In this document: in pieces, positions 19,243-29,076 of the stretch
Layout of the letters: each line of letters starts with the position of its first letter
Numbering within the stretch: position 1 is the first letter of the stretch
From: an uncultured bacterium
GTDB lineage: Bacteria; Krumholzibacteriota; Krumholzibacteriia; Krumholzibacteriales; Krumholzibacteriaceae
Direction of reading: 5' to 3'
DNA: 64,000 nt
Assembly: GCA_965369375.1 (NCBI GenBank)
Contig: CBDUQN010000003.1
Span: 20,242 to 84,241, forward strand
Notes under the pieces: generated by a model
The model's input: the letters and a program-made list of their open reading frames with translations, nothing else
Databases searched by the model: none
Told to the model about the DNA's origin: nothing
Made by a program: the position numbers and the translations under genes

Positions 19243-20052
19243 TCAGGCCGTATAGGTACCTTCGAATACCGCCTCTGCGGGCCCCGTGAGCCGTACGTTC
19301 TCGGCCCCGGAGGAAGCGGTTGTGAATTCGACGCGCAGCACATCCCCCCCAGAGGCTTCGCACGCGACCGGCTGAACGGTGAGCCCGAGGTGGGTTGTTA
19401 TGACGGCCGCCGCAACCGCGCCGGTTCCGCAGGCGAGCGTTTCCGCCTCGACGCCGCGCTCGTACGTCCGGTAAATGAGCTCGTGATCTCCCCTCACCGT
19501 GACGAGGTTGAAGTTCGTGCCGTTCGGCTCGAAAGCCGGGTCGCAGCGCACCGACCGGGCGAGGCGCAGAAAATCCTCATCCGGGTACTCTCTCGCGTTT
19601 TCCGTCAAGCGGACGGCATGCGGCACTCCCGAAAGGGCGTAGTGGACTTCGACGTTTGCCTTATCGAGATGGAGGGAGAGCGCGAGATCTCTCACGTCCG
19701 CGATCCCGATGCACACCTTTTCGCCGACGATCTCCGCGCTCACCGTTCCGGATCTCGTTTCGAAGACCATCGATTGTTTCGCCATGCCGGCTCTGAAAGC
19801 GAACAGCGCAGCGCAGCGCGCTCCGTTGCCGCACATGTCCGCCTCTCCCCCATCATTGTTGAAGTAAATCATGCGGAAGTCGGCGCCGGCGCTCGGCCGG
19901 ATAACGATCAATCCGTCGGCCCCGATGCTTCTGTGCGCCGTGCACATCGATGCGATACGCTCCGCGGAGGCGTCGAAGCGATTTTCGAGATCCATTATCA
20001 TGATGAAATCGTTGCCGGCGCCATGCATCTTCACGAAATGCTGTCCCTTCAT
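19243..20052 (-). CDS. dapF: Diaminopimelate epimerase
   Basis: KMHGAGNDF, GADG, MCGNGARC, RTYERGVEAETLACGTG. Confidence 0.96.
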   Translation of the reverse strand: MKGQHFVKMHGAGNDFIMIMDLENRFDASAERIASMCTAHRSIGADGLIVIRPSAGADFRMIYFNNDGGEADMCGNGARCAALFAFRAGMAKQSMVFETRSGTVSAEIVGEKVCIGIADVRDLALSLHLDKANVEVHYALSGVPHAVRLTENAREYPDEDFLRLARSVRCDPAFEPNGTNFNLVTVRGDHELIYRTYERGVEAETLACGTGAVAAAVITTHLGLTVQPVACEASGGDVLRVEFTTASSGAENVRLTGPAEAVFEGTYTA

Positions 20053-20054
20053 GA

Positions 20055-21113
20055 TTATTCACTTTCCTCATGGAGTGTCAACGGATCGAGCGCTCTCTTC
20101 TCGCCCGGCTTGACGATGAGGGTGTCCGTCGCCACGAGGCACGGCTCCGCGCGTATGTCGGTCGAATCTTCCGCCGCGGCGTAATCTCCGCAGAGGCTGT
20201 CGGCGCGCATGTCGATGAATGCCGACATGATATAGGCGCCGGGGGGCACCTTCGCAACGATAAAGTTCCCCGTCGAGTCGGCCAGGATCACGATCGGTCT
20301 TTCATCCGGCATGAGCGGCTCGAGCCGTATCGTCGGCGGTCCGGGCAGTCCCGTATCATTTATTACGAGACCCTCTATCGTGCCCGGCTCGTCGGGATCA
20401 ATGATGTTGAGCATAATGTCTTCATACCGGGTATTAGTTTCGGTCAGGACGATCGTGTCGGGATGAAAGGCCGAGAACTCGGTGCCGCTCGTGTATTTTC
20501 CGTCGCCGTTCGCGTCGCTGAACGCCCAGAGGAGAAACAGCGCGCTGTCCGTAGGGAGCGCCCGGAACACGAATCCTCCATTCGGTTCCGCAAATACGAT
20601 CCTCGATTCGGGACTGGTTGCGAAATCGATCGACGAATCGGCGGGTACGCGGAAGATCTTCGCCACGCCGGTCGAGTCGAGCTTGTTCTTGAACAAGATC
20701 ATCCCGGAGATCTCGCCGCGGGCGAGTGTCGGAGATGTGGCGAAATAGTAAATAAAATCCTGTTTGTTTTCCACCCTGTGGTAGTCACGGTATCCGCCGC
20801 TCAGAACGACGCAGACGGTTGTTTCCGGCATCGATTCCCTGAATTCGATCGATAGGACATTGCCCTTCACCTTTACGTCTTTGAATTCAAGCGGCGGATA
20901 GATGCGTATGCGATTCTTGAAGCTTTCCCCATCGATTTTCTCGCTGAACATGATGGTTATCCTCGAGTCACGGGCAACGCCTGCTGAGTCCGGTGCGGGC
21001 TCGAGCCCGGTTATGCGCGGGGGTGTCTTGTCCTCCGGTCCGCCTGGAGGAGGTTTGACGACCGCACACGCAGCGAGTGCGCAAAGGGTGGTGATTATCA
21101 GTATCTTTCTCAT
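20055..21113 (-). CDS. Ig-like (Big_5) domain lipoprotein
   Basis: Lipobox LAAC then A..KPPPGGPEDKTPP; Dx[DN]xDG loop DANGDGK; carboxypeptidase-regulatory-like beta-sandwich at the C-terminus. Confidence 0.78.
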   Translation of the reverse strand: MRKILIITTLCALAACAVVKPPPGGPEDKTPPRITGLEPAPDSAGVARDSRITIMFSEKIDGESFKNRIRIYPPLEFKDVKVKGNVLSIEFRESMPETTVCVVLSGGYRDYHRVENKQDFIYYFATSPTLARGEISGMILFKNKLDSTGVAKIFRVPADSSIDFATSPESRIVFAEPNGGFVFRALPTDSALFLLWAFSDANGDGKYTSGTEFSAFHPDTIVLTETNTRYEDIMLNIIDPDEPGTIEGLVINDTGLPGPPTIRLEPLMPDERPIVILADSTGNFIVAKVPPGAYIMSAFIDMRADSLCGDYAAAEDSTDIRAEPCLVATDTLIVKPGEKRALDPLTLHEESE

Positions 21114-21138
21114 AGCCGGCACCTTTTTCTCGGCGGCG

Positions 21139-22065
21139 TTATCCGGTCGGGATCAGGAGCGACAGAATCGCCCTCTGGATATGAAGCCTGTTTTCCGCCT
21201 GGTCATAGACAACGGAGTGCGGGCCGTCGATCACGGAGTCGGTAACCTCGTCGCCGCGGTGGGCCGGAAGACAGTGCAGAAAGACATAATCCTCAACGGC
21301 ATGCTTCATGAGCTCGTCATTGACCTGAAACGGTCTGAATATCTTGTCGCGCTCCGCCTTCTCTTCCTCCTGCCCCATACTCGCCCATACATCGGTGTTT
21401 ACGATATGGGCCCCCTGGATCGCCTCCCGCGGGTCGGAGATCCATGTATAGTCGACATCGCCGGTGGCTTTGACCTGCGCAACGAATGACGCTTCGATTT
21501 CGTAGCCGGGCGGCGAGCTCAGTACGAATGAGAAACGGAATTTCGAAGCTGCATTGAGCCAGCTCCGGGCAACATTGTTGCCGTCACCGATGAAAACGAC
21601 CTTTTTTCCCTCGATCGAACCGAGCCTTTCAATGACGGTGAATATGTCACCCATCACCTGGCAGGGATGAAGCAGGTCCGTCAGCCCGTTGACGACAGGC
21701 ACTTCGGCGTTGGATGCGAGTTCCTCGACCATTGCCTGATCGAATGTCCGTATCATGATTGCATCGACGAAACGGGACAGCACCGCGCCGACATCCTTTG
21801 GGGCTTCCCTGCTGCCGATCCCTATTTCACGATCGGTAATGTAGAGGCTCGATCCTCCGAGCTGGCGAATAGCCACTTCGAAACTTATGCGCGTGCGTAG
21901 GCTCGGTTTGTGGAATATGCATGCAAGAACTCGACCGGGGTGTGTCGGCTCGAGCGTAAACGTGCGCGCGAGAGGCTTCTGTTTTTCGCAGAGGTCGATA
22001 ATGGCGCCGAGCTCTTCGGGTGAAAAGTCCCGAATGGACAAGAAATCCTTTTTCGACAGCTTCAT
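21139..22065 (-). CDS. argF: Ornithine carbamoyltransferase
   Basis: KPSLRTR, HPCQ, GDGNNV, DVWASMG, HCLP, DQAENR. Confidence 0.9.
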   Translation of the reverse strand: MKLSKKDFLSIRDFSPEELGAIIDLCEKQKPLARTFTLEPTHPGRVLACIFHKPSLRTRISFEVAIRQLGGSSLYITDREIGIGSREAPKDVGAVLSRFVDAIMIRTFDQAMVEELASNAEVPVVNGLTDLLHPCQVMGDIFTVIERLGSIEGKKVVFIGDGNNVARSWLNAASKFRFSFVLSSPPGYEIEASFVAQVKATGDVDYTWISDPREAIQGAHIVNTDVWASMGQEEEKAERDKIFRPFQVNDELMKHAVEDYVFLHCLPAHRGDEVTDSVIDGPHSVVYDQAENRLHIQRAILSLLIPTG

Positions 22066-22132
22066 TGATACTCCTTTCATCAATTGCCCGCGCACGCGGG
22101 GGCCGGCGGGATTTGGGCCGGACGAGGCACGT

Positions 22133-23473
22133 CTAGAGGATGTATCGCGCGAGATCGTCGTCCTTCACGATTTTCTCGAGGCGTTCTTTGACCAGCTTTG
22201 CGGTGATGTTTATCTTTTTCATACCTGAATCGGGGAGATCGAAGAGGATGTCCTCGAGCAGGGTCGTCATGATCGTGTGGAGTCTTCGTGCCCCGATGTT
22301 CTCCATCTTTTGATTAACACGATACGCCATCTGAGCTATCTCACGGACCGCACCAGCCGTAAAACTTATCTTGCAGCCTTCAGACTCTATGAGCGCCGTA
22401 TATTGCTTGAGGAGGGCGTTCTTCGGCTCGAGCAGTATTCGTTCGAAATCTTCCGCCGTCAGGGCCTTGAACTCCACCCTGATCGGAAAGCGCCCCTGAA
22501 GCTCCGGTATGAGATCCGAGGGCTTCGACATGTGAAACGCCCCCGCGGCTATGAAGAGAATATGGTCCGTCTTGACGACACCGTACTTCGTGTTAACGGC
22601 CGATCCCTCGACGATCGGGAGGATATCCCGCTGTACCCCTTCACGGGAAACGTCGGGTCCGTGAGCCGAGCCGGTGCTCGCTATCTTGTCTATCTCATCG
22701 ATAAAGATGATGCCGGTCTGCTCTACGGCCTTGAGCGAGGATGATACCACCCTGTCCATGTCTACGAGCTTTTCCTTCTCCTCCTGCGTCAGGATCTTCT
22801 TGGCTTCATCGATCGTTACCGTTCTTCCTTTCTTTCGCTTGGGCATGAGGTGCTCGAGACCTTCGGGAAATCTGACGCCCATCTCCTCGAGTCCCGCTCC
22901 CGATAATATCTCGATGAACGGTTTCGAGTGATCCTCGGTCTGAATCGACACCTCCCGGGCGTCGAGGGCGCCGCTTTCGAGCTTTGAACGCAATTTTTCC
23001 TTCGTTCTCCGCCGCCGTTCCTCGATTTCATCCCCCTCAGGCCCGGCAGGTCTCTTCGCAATCGGCAGGAGAAGATCGAGTATTCTGTCCGTCGCGAGCT
23101 CCTGCGCCCTTTTTTCGACCTGCATGTACGACTTCTCTTTTTCCATATTGATTGCTATTTCGGTGAGGTCGCGAACCATCGATTCCACGTCTCTGCCGAC
23201 GTAGCCGACTTCGGTGAATTTCGTCGCCTCGACCTTGATAAACGGCGACTGGGCGAGGCGCGCGAGGCGGCGGGCCACCTCCGTCTTTCCGACCCCCGTC
23301 GGGCCTATCATGATAATGTTGTTGGGAAGTATCTCTTCGCGAATCGGTTTTTCTATTCTCTTTCTCCGCCACCTGTTTCGGAGCGCAATTGCAACCGATT
23401 TCTTTGCCTCGTCCTGCCCGATGATATACATATCGAGCTCGGTGACGATCTGTTTCGGGCTGAGCTCTTCCAT
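22133..23473 (-). CDS. hslU: ATP-dependent protease ATPase subunit HslU
   Basis: [42 protein letters not shown]; C-terminal RYIL. Confidence 0.97.
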   Translation of the reverse strand: MEELSPKQIVTELDMYIIGQDEAKKSVAIALRNRWRRKRIEKPIREEILPNNIIMIGPTGVGKTEVARRLARLAQSPFIKVEATKFTEVGYVGRDVESMVRDLTEIAINMEKEKSYMQVEKRAQELATDRILDLLLPIAKRPAGPEGDEIEERRRRTKEKLRSKLESGALDAREVSIQTEDHSKPFIEILSGAGLEEMGVRFPEGLEHLMPKRKKGRTVTIDEAKKILTQEEKEKLVDMDRVVSSSLKAVEQTGIIFIDEIDKIASTGSAHGPDVSREGVQRDILPIVEGSAVNTKYGVVKTDHILFIAAGAFHMSKPSDLIPELQGRFPIRVEFKALTAEDFERILLEPKNALLKQYTALIESEGCKISFTAGAVREIAQMAYRVNQKMENIGARRLHTIMTTLLEDILFDLPDSGMKKINITAKLVKERLEKIVKDDDLARYIL

Positions 23474-23485
23474 TGTTCTACCGCC

Positions 23486-24013
23486 TTAGATCGATTCGAC
23501 GACTATCCGATCGTTTGTGTATATGCAGATTTCTGAAGTTATTTCAAGTGACTTTTTAACAATCAGTTCGGCGCTTAACTTCGTGTTGTTTCTAAGGGCT
23601 CTTGCGGCCGCCAGCGCGTACGGTCCACCCGCTCCGATAGTGACGATCCCGTCATCCGGCTCGACGACGTCGCCGCTTCCCGAGATAACGAGGGAGTGCT
23701 TCTTGTCCATCACAGCAAGAAGCGCCTCGAGGTGGCGCAGCACCTTGTCGCTGCGCCACTCCTTTGCTAGCTCAACGGCGGCCTTCTGGAGATTGCCGTC
23801 CGCCTCGTCCAGCTTGCCCTCGAACTTTGAAAACAGGGTCATCGCATCGGCCGTGCTCCCCGCGAATCCGGCCAATACCGTGCCATCCCGCAGGCTCCGA
23901 ATCTTCCTGGCGCCGTGCTTGACGATTGTCTGCCCGAAGGTTACCTGGCCGTCGCCTCCAATGGCGACTTCCTTTCCCTTTCTGATCCCGATAATCGTGG
24001 TGCCGTGAAACAT
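23486..24013 (-). CDS. hslV: ATP-dependent protease peptidase subunit HslV
   Basis: True start MFHG-TTI (catalytic N-terminal Thr); GDGQVT, AGFAG, ICIYTN. The ORF track over-extends it into xerC. Confidence 0.96.
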   Translation of the reverse strand: MFHGTTIIGIRKGKEVAIGGDGQVTFGQTIVKHGARKIRSLRDGTVLAGFAGSTADAMTLFSKFEGKLDEADGNLQKAAVELAKEWRSDKVLRHLEALLAVMDKKHSLVISGSGDVVEPDDGIVTIGAGGPYALAAARALRNNTKLSAELIVKKSLEITSEICIYTNDRIVVESI

Positions 24014-24036
24014 AGCATCTCCTTGGCAAAAAATTG

Positions 24037-24972
24037 CTAGGCGCGGGGATGTGCCTTGTCGTAGACGTCCCTCAGCCTGTCGGTTGTCACATGCGTGTAA
24101 ATCTGTGTCGTCGATAATGTAACATGGCCGAGCAGTTCCTGTACCGCCCTGAGATCGGCTCCCGCATCGAGAAGGTGCGTCGCGAACGAGTGCCGCAGCA
24201 CGTGAGGGCTCATCCGTGAAAGAGACGCAACCTGTTCGAAGTACCGTTTGACTATTCGCTGCACCGTCCGCCTGCTGATCTTTTTGCCTTCCCTTCCAGC
24301 GATGAGCGGGTGGTTGATCTTGTCGCGGAAGAAAGCGGTAAACGAATCGTAATGGCCCCAGATGGCCTCGGGCGCAAAGTAACGATTGCGAAGATAGGCT
24401 TCGAGACTTTCCTTCGCCTTTCCACCGAGCGGCAGGAGCCTTTCCTTTTTCCGCTTGCCGAGAACCTTTACCGTCCCTTGGTGGAAATTGCAGTTTCCGA
24501 TTCTGCATTCGACAAGTTCGGAGAGCCTGATGCCGGTGCCGTAGAGGAGCTCGAGGACAGCCCGGTCGCGCAGCCCCTTTTTGTTATCGGTCGGCGGGAG
24601 CATCATCATTCTTTCTACCACTGTCTTGTCGGCGAAAACCGGCAGTTCACGTCCGGTCTTCGGCGAAGCGAGGCCGATCGTCGGATCGGTTTGCAGGGAT
24701 CCGGCTTTTGCGCAGTACGAAAAGAAGCTTTTGAGCGAAGCGACCTTTCGCGCGACACTCCGCGATGAATATCCGTTGCGTTTCAAGGTCCCGAGGAATG
24801 ATCGAACGGCTATCAAGTCGATATGCGCAAATCGCGGTTCTGTATCGAGCTCCGACCTGAGAAAGTCTATAAACTGGATGATATCCCCTTCGTATGCCCT
24901 GACCGTAGCCTCGGAAGCCCGCCTCTCGAGCCCGAGATGAACGAGGTATTTCTTTACCATCTTGATGACCAT
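24037..24972 (-). CDS. xerC: Site-specific tyrosine recombinase XerC
   Basis: [50 protein letters not shown]; trmFO-xerC-hslVU synteny. Confidence 0.9.
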   Translation of the reverse strand: MVIKMVKKYLVHLGLERRASEATVRAYEGDIIQFIDFLRSELDTEPRFAHIDLIAVRSFLGTLKRNGYSSRSVARKVASLKSFFSYCAKAGSLQTDPTIGLASPKTGRELPVFADKTVVERMMMLPPTDNKKGLRDRAVLELLYGTGIRLSELVECRIGNCNFHQGTVKVLGKRKKERLLPLGGKAKESLEAYLRNRYFAPEAIWGHYDSFTAFFRDKINHPLIAGREGKKISRRTVQRIVKRYFEQVASLSRMSPHVLRHSFATHLLDAGADLRAVQELLGHVTLSTTQIYTHVTTDRLRDVYDKAHPRA

Positions 24973-25050
24973 GTTGAACTTTTAGCGATTTTGCCCCGAT
25001 ATGTCAATAAACTCTGATGCCTCGATGTCTGAGCCTTAAAGTGCGGGACG

Positions 25051-26364
25051 TCACCAGACGCTTCGCGCAACGGTCTCGAGGAAACCCGAGAGGTGCTCGG
25101 CGGAGCGCCTCGCCATCCGTTTTTTCCTGTCCGCTTTCCTTCGTTCCGCGACGGGCGGCAAGAGGCCGAAATTGACATTCATCGGTTGGAAGGGATCCGG
25201 TCCCGATGCGACGTGCAGCTGCAGGGCGCCCAGCAGCGTTTCCGGCGGAAAAGGCGGCGGTTCAACGCTTTCTCTGAGGTGGCATATATTGAAGGCCGTA
25301 ATGAGTCCGTGCGCGATTGATTCTACGTATCCCTCCACGCCGACCAGCTGGCCCGTGAAGAACAGCCCTTTTCGTTTGAGCGACATCTGCCGGGAATCGA
25401 GGAGGCGGGGAGAATCGATGAAGGTGTTGCGATGAATGGAACCCCAGCGCACGATCTCCGCCTCGGATAGCCCGGGTATGAGTCCGATGAGTTCCTTCTG
25501 GGACTTTCGTGTGAGTCTCGTCTGAAAACCGACAAGTCCGAGCATCGTTCCATCGAGCATTTCCTGCCTCAGTTGCAGTGCGGCGTACGGTTCACGACCC
25601 GTTTTGGGATCGATGAGCCCCTTCGGTTTGAGCGGGCCGTAGCGAAGGGTGTCTTCACCCCTCGCTGCAAGGACTTCGACCGGCAGGCACGCCTCGAAGC
25701 AGCTCCCTTCTTCGAATCCGCGTTTTTCGACCTTGGGAGCACTTATTAGAAAATCGATGATGACCCGGTACTCATCTCTGCCGATCGGTATATTCCAGTA
25801 ATCGTCTCCTCCCTTGCCGTAGCGCGAAGCGCGGAATGCGCTGCGCTTGTCGAAAGATTCGCTTGTGACCGAGATTGCAATAGCATCGTAGAAGTGAAGG
25901 TGCCCGCGCGAGAAGTGTTTCTCCATAGCTCCTGCGAGCCGATCGGATGTCAGGGGACCGGTCGCGATTACGCTGAACGGAGGGAGCGTCAGGTCTTTCT
26001 GTTCGCGCTTTTCGAGCGTTATCTGTGAGCTCGCTTGAATCAGTTCTGTTACATCGGCGGCGAAGATGCTCCGGTCGACCGCGAGGGCGTGACCGGCGGG
26101 GACCCTCGATCGGGCCGCGACTTCGAGCAGGCGGCAACCGAGCATTTTGAGCTCTTCCTTGAGTAATCCGGATGCCGTGTCGATGCGTTCGGACTTGAGC
26201 GAATTGCTGCAGACGAGCTCGGCACAGTACGGTGTTACATGGGCGGGTGTGGTGGTGTTCGGCCGCATCTCGACGAGAGAAATTCCGATCCCTCTCGCGG
26301 CAAGCTGCAGGGCCAGTTCGGAGCCGGCGAGACCTCCACCGACAATCGTCACCTCATTTTTCAA
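25051..26364 (-). CDS. trmFO: Methylenetetrahydrofolate--tRNA-(uracil-5-)-methyltransferase TrmFO
   Basis: GGGLAGSE, ELVCSNSL, ATGPLTS, FYDA, GPLKPKGL, HRNTF, GQLVGVEGY, PMNVNFG. Confidence 0.95.
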   Translation of the reverse strand: MKNEVTIVGGGLAGSELALQLAARGIGISLVEMRPNTTTPAHVTPYCAELVCSNSLKSERIDTASGLLKEELKMLGCRLLEVAARSRVPAGHALAVDRSIFAADVTELIQASSQITLEKREQKDLTLPPFSVIATGPLTSDRLAGAMEKHFSRGHLHFYDAIAISVTSESFDKRSAFRASRYGKGGDDYWNIPIGRDEYRVIIDFLISAPKVEKRGFEEGSCFEACLPVEVLAARGEDTLRYGPLKPKGLIDPKTGREPYAALQLRQEMLDGTMLGLVGFQTRLTRKSQKELIGLIPGLSEAEIVRWGSIHRNTFIDSPRLLDSRQMSLKRKGLFFTGQLVGVEGYVESIAHGLITAFNICHLRESVEPPPFPPETLLGALQLHVASGPDPFQPMNVNFGLLPPVAERRKADRKKRMARRSAEHLSGFLETVARSVW

Positions 26365-28559
26365 GGAGTTTCCTCAAACTTGCATGATGGACATCGCAGG
26401 AAATGCCCCTTCTTCTTGGTCTCTTTCTCAACGAGGTAGCTCGAGGAACACTGGGGGCATTTGCGCGAGGTTGGCTTGTCCCAGCTGGCGTATGTGCACG
26501 TGGGGTACTTGGTGCATCCGTAGAAGGTTCTGCCGCGCCGCGTCCTCTTCTGGACGATGTCGCCGTCACACCCTTCGACGGGACACGGAATGCCGAGGGT
26601 GATCGCTTCTGTATAATTGCACTCCGGATAATTCTGGCAGGCGATGAATTTTCCGAAACGTCCCCTTTTATAGCCGAGTTGCCCTCCGCACTGGGGGCAC
26701 TCTTTGTCTATCTCCTCTTCCTCCTCGAGCGAGCTCGTAAAGCGGCAATCGGGAAATCCCGGGCACGCGAGGAAGGGTCCGTTCCTGCTCCACTTCTTTA
26801 CGAGCTTTTTATCGCAGTTCGGGCAGGCTCTATCCGTTTCCTCCTGTATGGACGCTTTCAGTTCTTTCTGCTTCCCTTTTATCTTCTCCAGATCCTTGAG
26901 CAGGGGTTTATAGAAGAATTTGACGACATCCTGCCAGTTTTCCTTGTTCTCTTCGATCTTGTCGAGCTCCGTTTCCATCCGGGCGGTAAAATCGATCTCG
27001 AAGATATCGTGGAAGTGCTTATCGAGGGTTTTCCATACCTTTTCTCCGAGCTCGGTCGGGTACAATGTGGCTTTCTTCTTTTCGGCGTAATCGCGAGCCA
27101 GAATAATGCTCAGAATGTTCGCGTATGTGCTCGGCCTGCCGATCCCTTTTTCCTCGAGCACCTTGATGATCGATGCCTCCGTATATCGCGGGGACGGTTC
27201 AGTGAAATGCTGCTCACCGTCGAGCTCCTTGATCGTGAGCTTCTCGCCTTGCGAGAGTGGCGGCAGCTCGGTTTCCTTCTCGGTTTGCCTGTCGGGGAAA
27301 ATGGCGAGAAATCCTTTCGCCTTGAGCGTCCTGCCCCCTGCGCGCAGGGCGAACCGCTCACCGGCATCGATATCGACTTCCGTCACATCGTAAACCGCCG
27401 GGGCGGCGAGAGAGGCGAGGAAGCGCTGCCAGATCAGCCGATAGAGAGAGAGCTGGTCTTTGCTCATAAATGACTGGATGTCATCCGGCTTCTTGTGAGC
27501 GTCTGTCGGCCGTATCGCTTCGTGCGCGTCTTGGGAGCGTTCGGCCTTTTTGAAGGCTCTCTTTCCCTTGAAACAGATATCCTCGCCGAAATGCTGCTCG
27601 ATAAAGGAGCACCCCTGCGTGTATGCTTCGTCGCTTACCCGAGTCGAGTCCGTTCTCATGTAGCTGATCAAGCCGACCGAGCCTTCTTTGCCGAGAACGA
27701 CGCCTTCGTAAAGCTGCTGGGCGATTACCATCGTCTTCTTTGCCGAGAAGCCGAGGCGATTCGCCGCGTCACGCTGAAGCGTGCTTGTGATAAAGGGCGG
27801 ATACGGGTTGCGTTTCTTAGCCTTTTTTCGAATCTCCTTGACCGTAATATCGGATGCTTTGATATCTGATACGATTTTCCGTGCCGTTGCTTCGTCCTTG
27901 ATCTCCGGCTTTTTGCCGTCTATCCTTAGCAGCCGCGCGGGGAGCCCTTTACCGCTTTCATTGATGAGTGTTCCTTCGATCGTCCAGTACTCCTGGGGGA
28001 CAAAATTGCGGATCTCATCCTCGCGTTCGGAGATCAGACGCAGCCCGACGCTCTGGACGCGGCCGGCGCTGAGACCCTTGTAGAAGATTCCCCAGAGAAC
28101 GGGACTGATCAGGTAGCCGACCAAGCGGTCGAGGATCCGTCGCGCCTGCTGCGCGTTGACCTTGTTCGGATCGATGTCCCTCGGATTGTTAATAGCTTCC
28201 TGGATCGCTTTTTTCGTGATTTCGTTGAATATGATTCTCTTGATCGGGATGCCGTGAGAATTTTTCAATATCTCCCTCAGGTGCCAGGCGATAGCCTCTC
28301 CCTCTCTATCCATATCCGTTGCGAGGAAAATCTGAGAGCTCGTCGAGGCCTCTTTGCGCAACTCCTTGATGATGTTTCCCTTGCCCCGCACCGTAACGTA
28401 CTTGGGCTTGAAGCCGCTGTCGACATCTATGCCGAGCTCCCGCTTGGGCAGATCACGGATGTGCCCGACCGACGCTTTGACGTTGTAGCCGTCACCGAGA
28501 TATTTCTTTATGGTACGTGCCTTTGCGGGAGACTCCACAACAACGAGTACCCGGTCCAC
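26361..28559 (-). CDS. topA: DNA topoisomerase I with C-terminal C4 zinc ribbons
   Basis: VVESPAKA, ATDMDREGE, SAGRVQS, ISYMRTDS, QDAHEAIRPT, GRPSTY. GTG start 7 nt after GGAG. Confidence 0.97.
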   Translation of the reverse strand: MDRVLVVVESPAKARTIKKYLGDGYNVKASVGHIRDLPKRELGIDVDSGFKPKYVTVRGKGNIIKELRKEASTSSQIFLATDMDREGEAIAWHLREILKNSHGIPIKRIIFNEITKKAIQEAINNPRDIDPNKVNAQQARRILDRLVGYLISPVLWGIFYKGLSAGRVQSVGLRLISEREDEIRNFVPQEYWTIEGTLINESGKGLPARLLRIDGKKPEIKDEATARKIVSDIKASDITVKEIRKKAKKRNPYPPFITSTLQRDAANRLGFSAKKTMVIAQQLYEGVVLGKEGSVGLISYMRTDSTRVSDEAYTQGCSFIEQHFGEDICFKGKRAFKKAERSQDAHEAIRPTDAHKKPDDIQSFMSKDQLSLYRLIWQRFLASLAAPAVYDVTEVDIDAGERFALRAGGRTLKAKGFLAIFPDRQTEKETELPPLSQGEKLTIKELDGEQHFTEPSPRYTEASIIKVLEEKGIGRPSTYANILSIILARDYAEKKKATLYPTELGEKVWKTLDKHFHDIFEIDFTARMETELDKIEENKENWQDVVKFFYKPLLKDLEKIKGKQKELKASIQEETDRACPNCDKKLVKKWSRNGPFLACPGFPDCRFTSSLEEEEEIDKECPQCGGQLGYKRGRFGKFIACQNYPECNYTEAITLGIPCPVEGCDGDIVQKRTRRGRTFYGCTKYPTCTYASWDKPTSRKCPQCSSSYLVEKETKKKGHFLRCPSCKFEETP

Positions 28560-28575
28560 GTGCATCTCCTTCCTT

Positions 28576-29016
28576 CTAGTGGACCCGACCGTCTCGGCGA
28601 CTGGTATCAGAAGAAATATCATCGGGCAGATCTGAAACGAAGCGCGATGTTATTTCCTTGATCGCGTTAATGGAGACGGGCGGCGAAAATTCCATGGCGG
28701 AATTTTCTATAATGTTAGTGAGCTGCATCTCTGAAACCCAGCCGAGCTTGTAAAGCTTGAGCAGGTACCCCTGCGCGGAAGTCGACAGAACGAACTTCTC
28801 CGATTCACCGAGGATCCTCGTCCCCGGATCGAATCCAGGCGCCATGCCGCTGTCAATGAGGGATGATTCGAAATCGAGCATGTTCATTGCCTGGTTTATC
28901 TCATCACGGGAATATCCCATGTTTTCGAGCTCACTCTCGATAGCCGATGGATCGTGCGGAATATCCGCTTCCGGGTCCATCAGGAATGCGATTATTTCTT
29001 TGATGCGTTCATTCAT
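28576..29016 (-). CDS. DUF494 / Smg family protein
   Basis: ELENMGYSRDEINQA, RILGESEK..LSTSAQGYLLKL..LG; C-terminal 'VH'; typical position before topA. Confidence 0.8.
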   Translation of the reverse strand: MNERIKEIIAFLMDPEADIPHDPSAIESELENMGYSRDEINQAMNMLDFESSLIDSGMAPGFDPGTRILGESEKFVLSTSAQGYLLKLYKLGWVSEMQLTNIIENSAMEFSPPVSINAIKEITSRFVSDLPDDISSDTSRRDGRVH

Positions 29017-29076
29017 AGCAATTTTCAATCCATTTGCGTTTTATCGGATATGACCGGTTTAGAGGGAATATAATGC

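Noticed and set aside
21139-22065. N-acetyl/succinylornithine carbamoyltransferase, suggested by SLRTR
   Set aside because: The SMG loop, HPCQ and HCLP are all present, consistent with an ordinary OTCase.
23486-24508. 340-aa extended HslV from the ORF track
   Set aside because: The extension overlaps xerC in another frame. HslV needs an N-terminal Thr, which fits the ATG at 24013.
9538-24972. Two tyrosine recombinases as phage/island integrases
   Set aside because: Both have XerC/XerD length, motifs and housekeeping synteny, with no cargo or att repeats.
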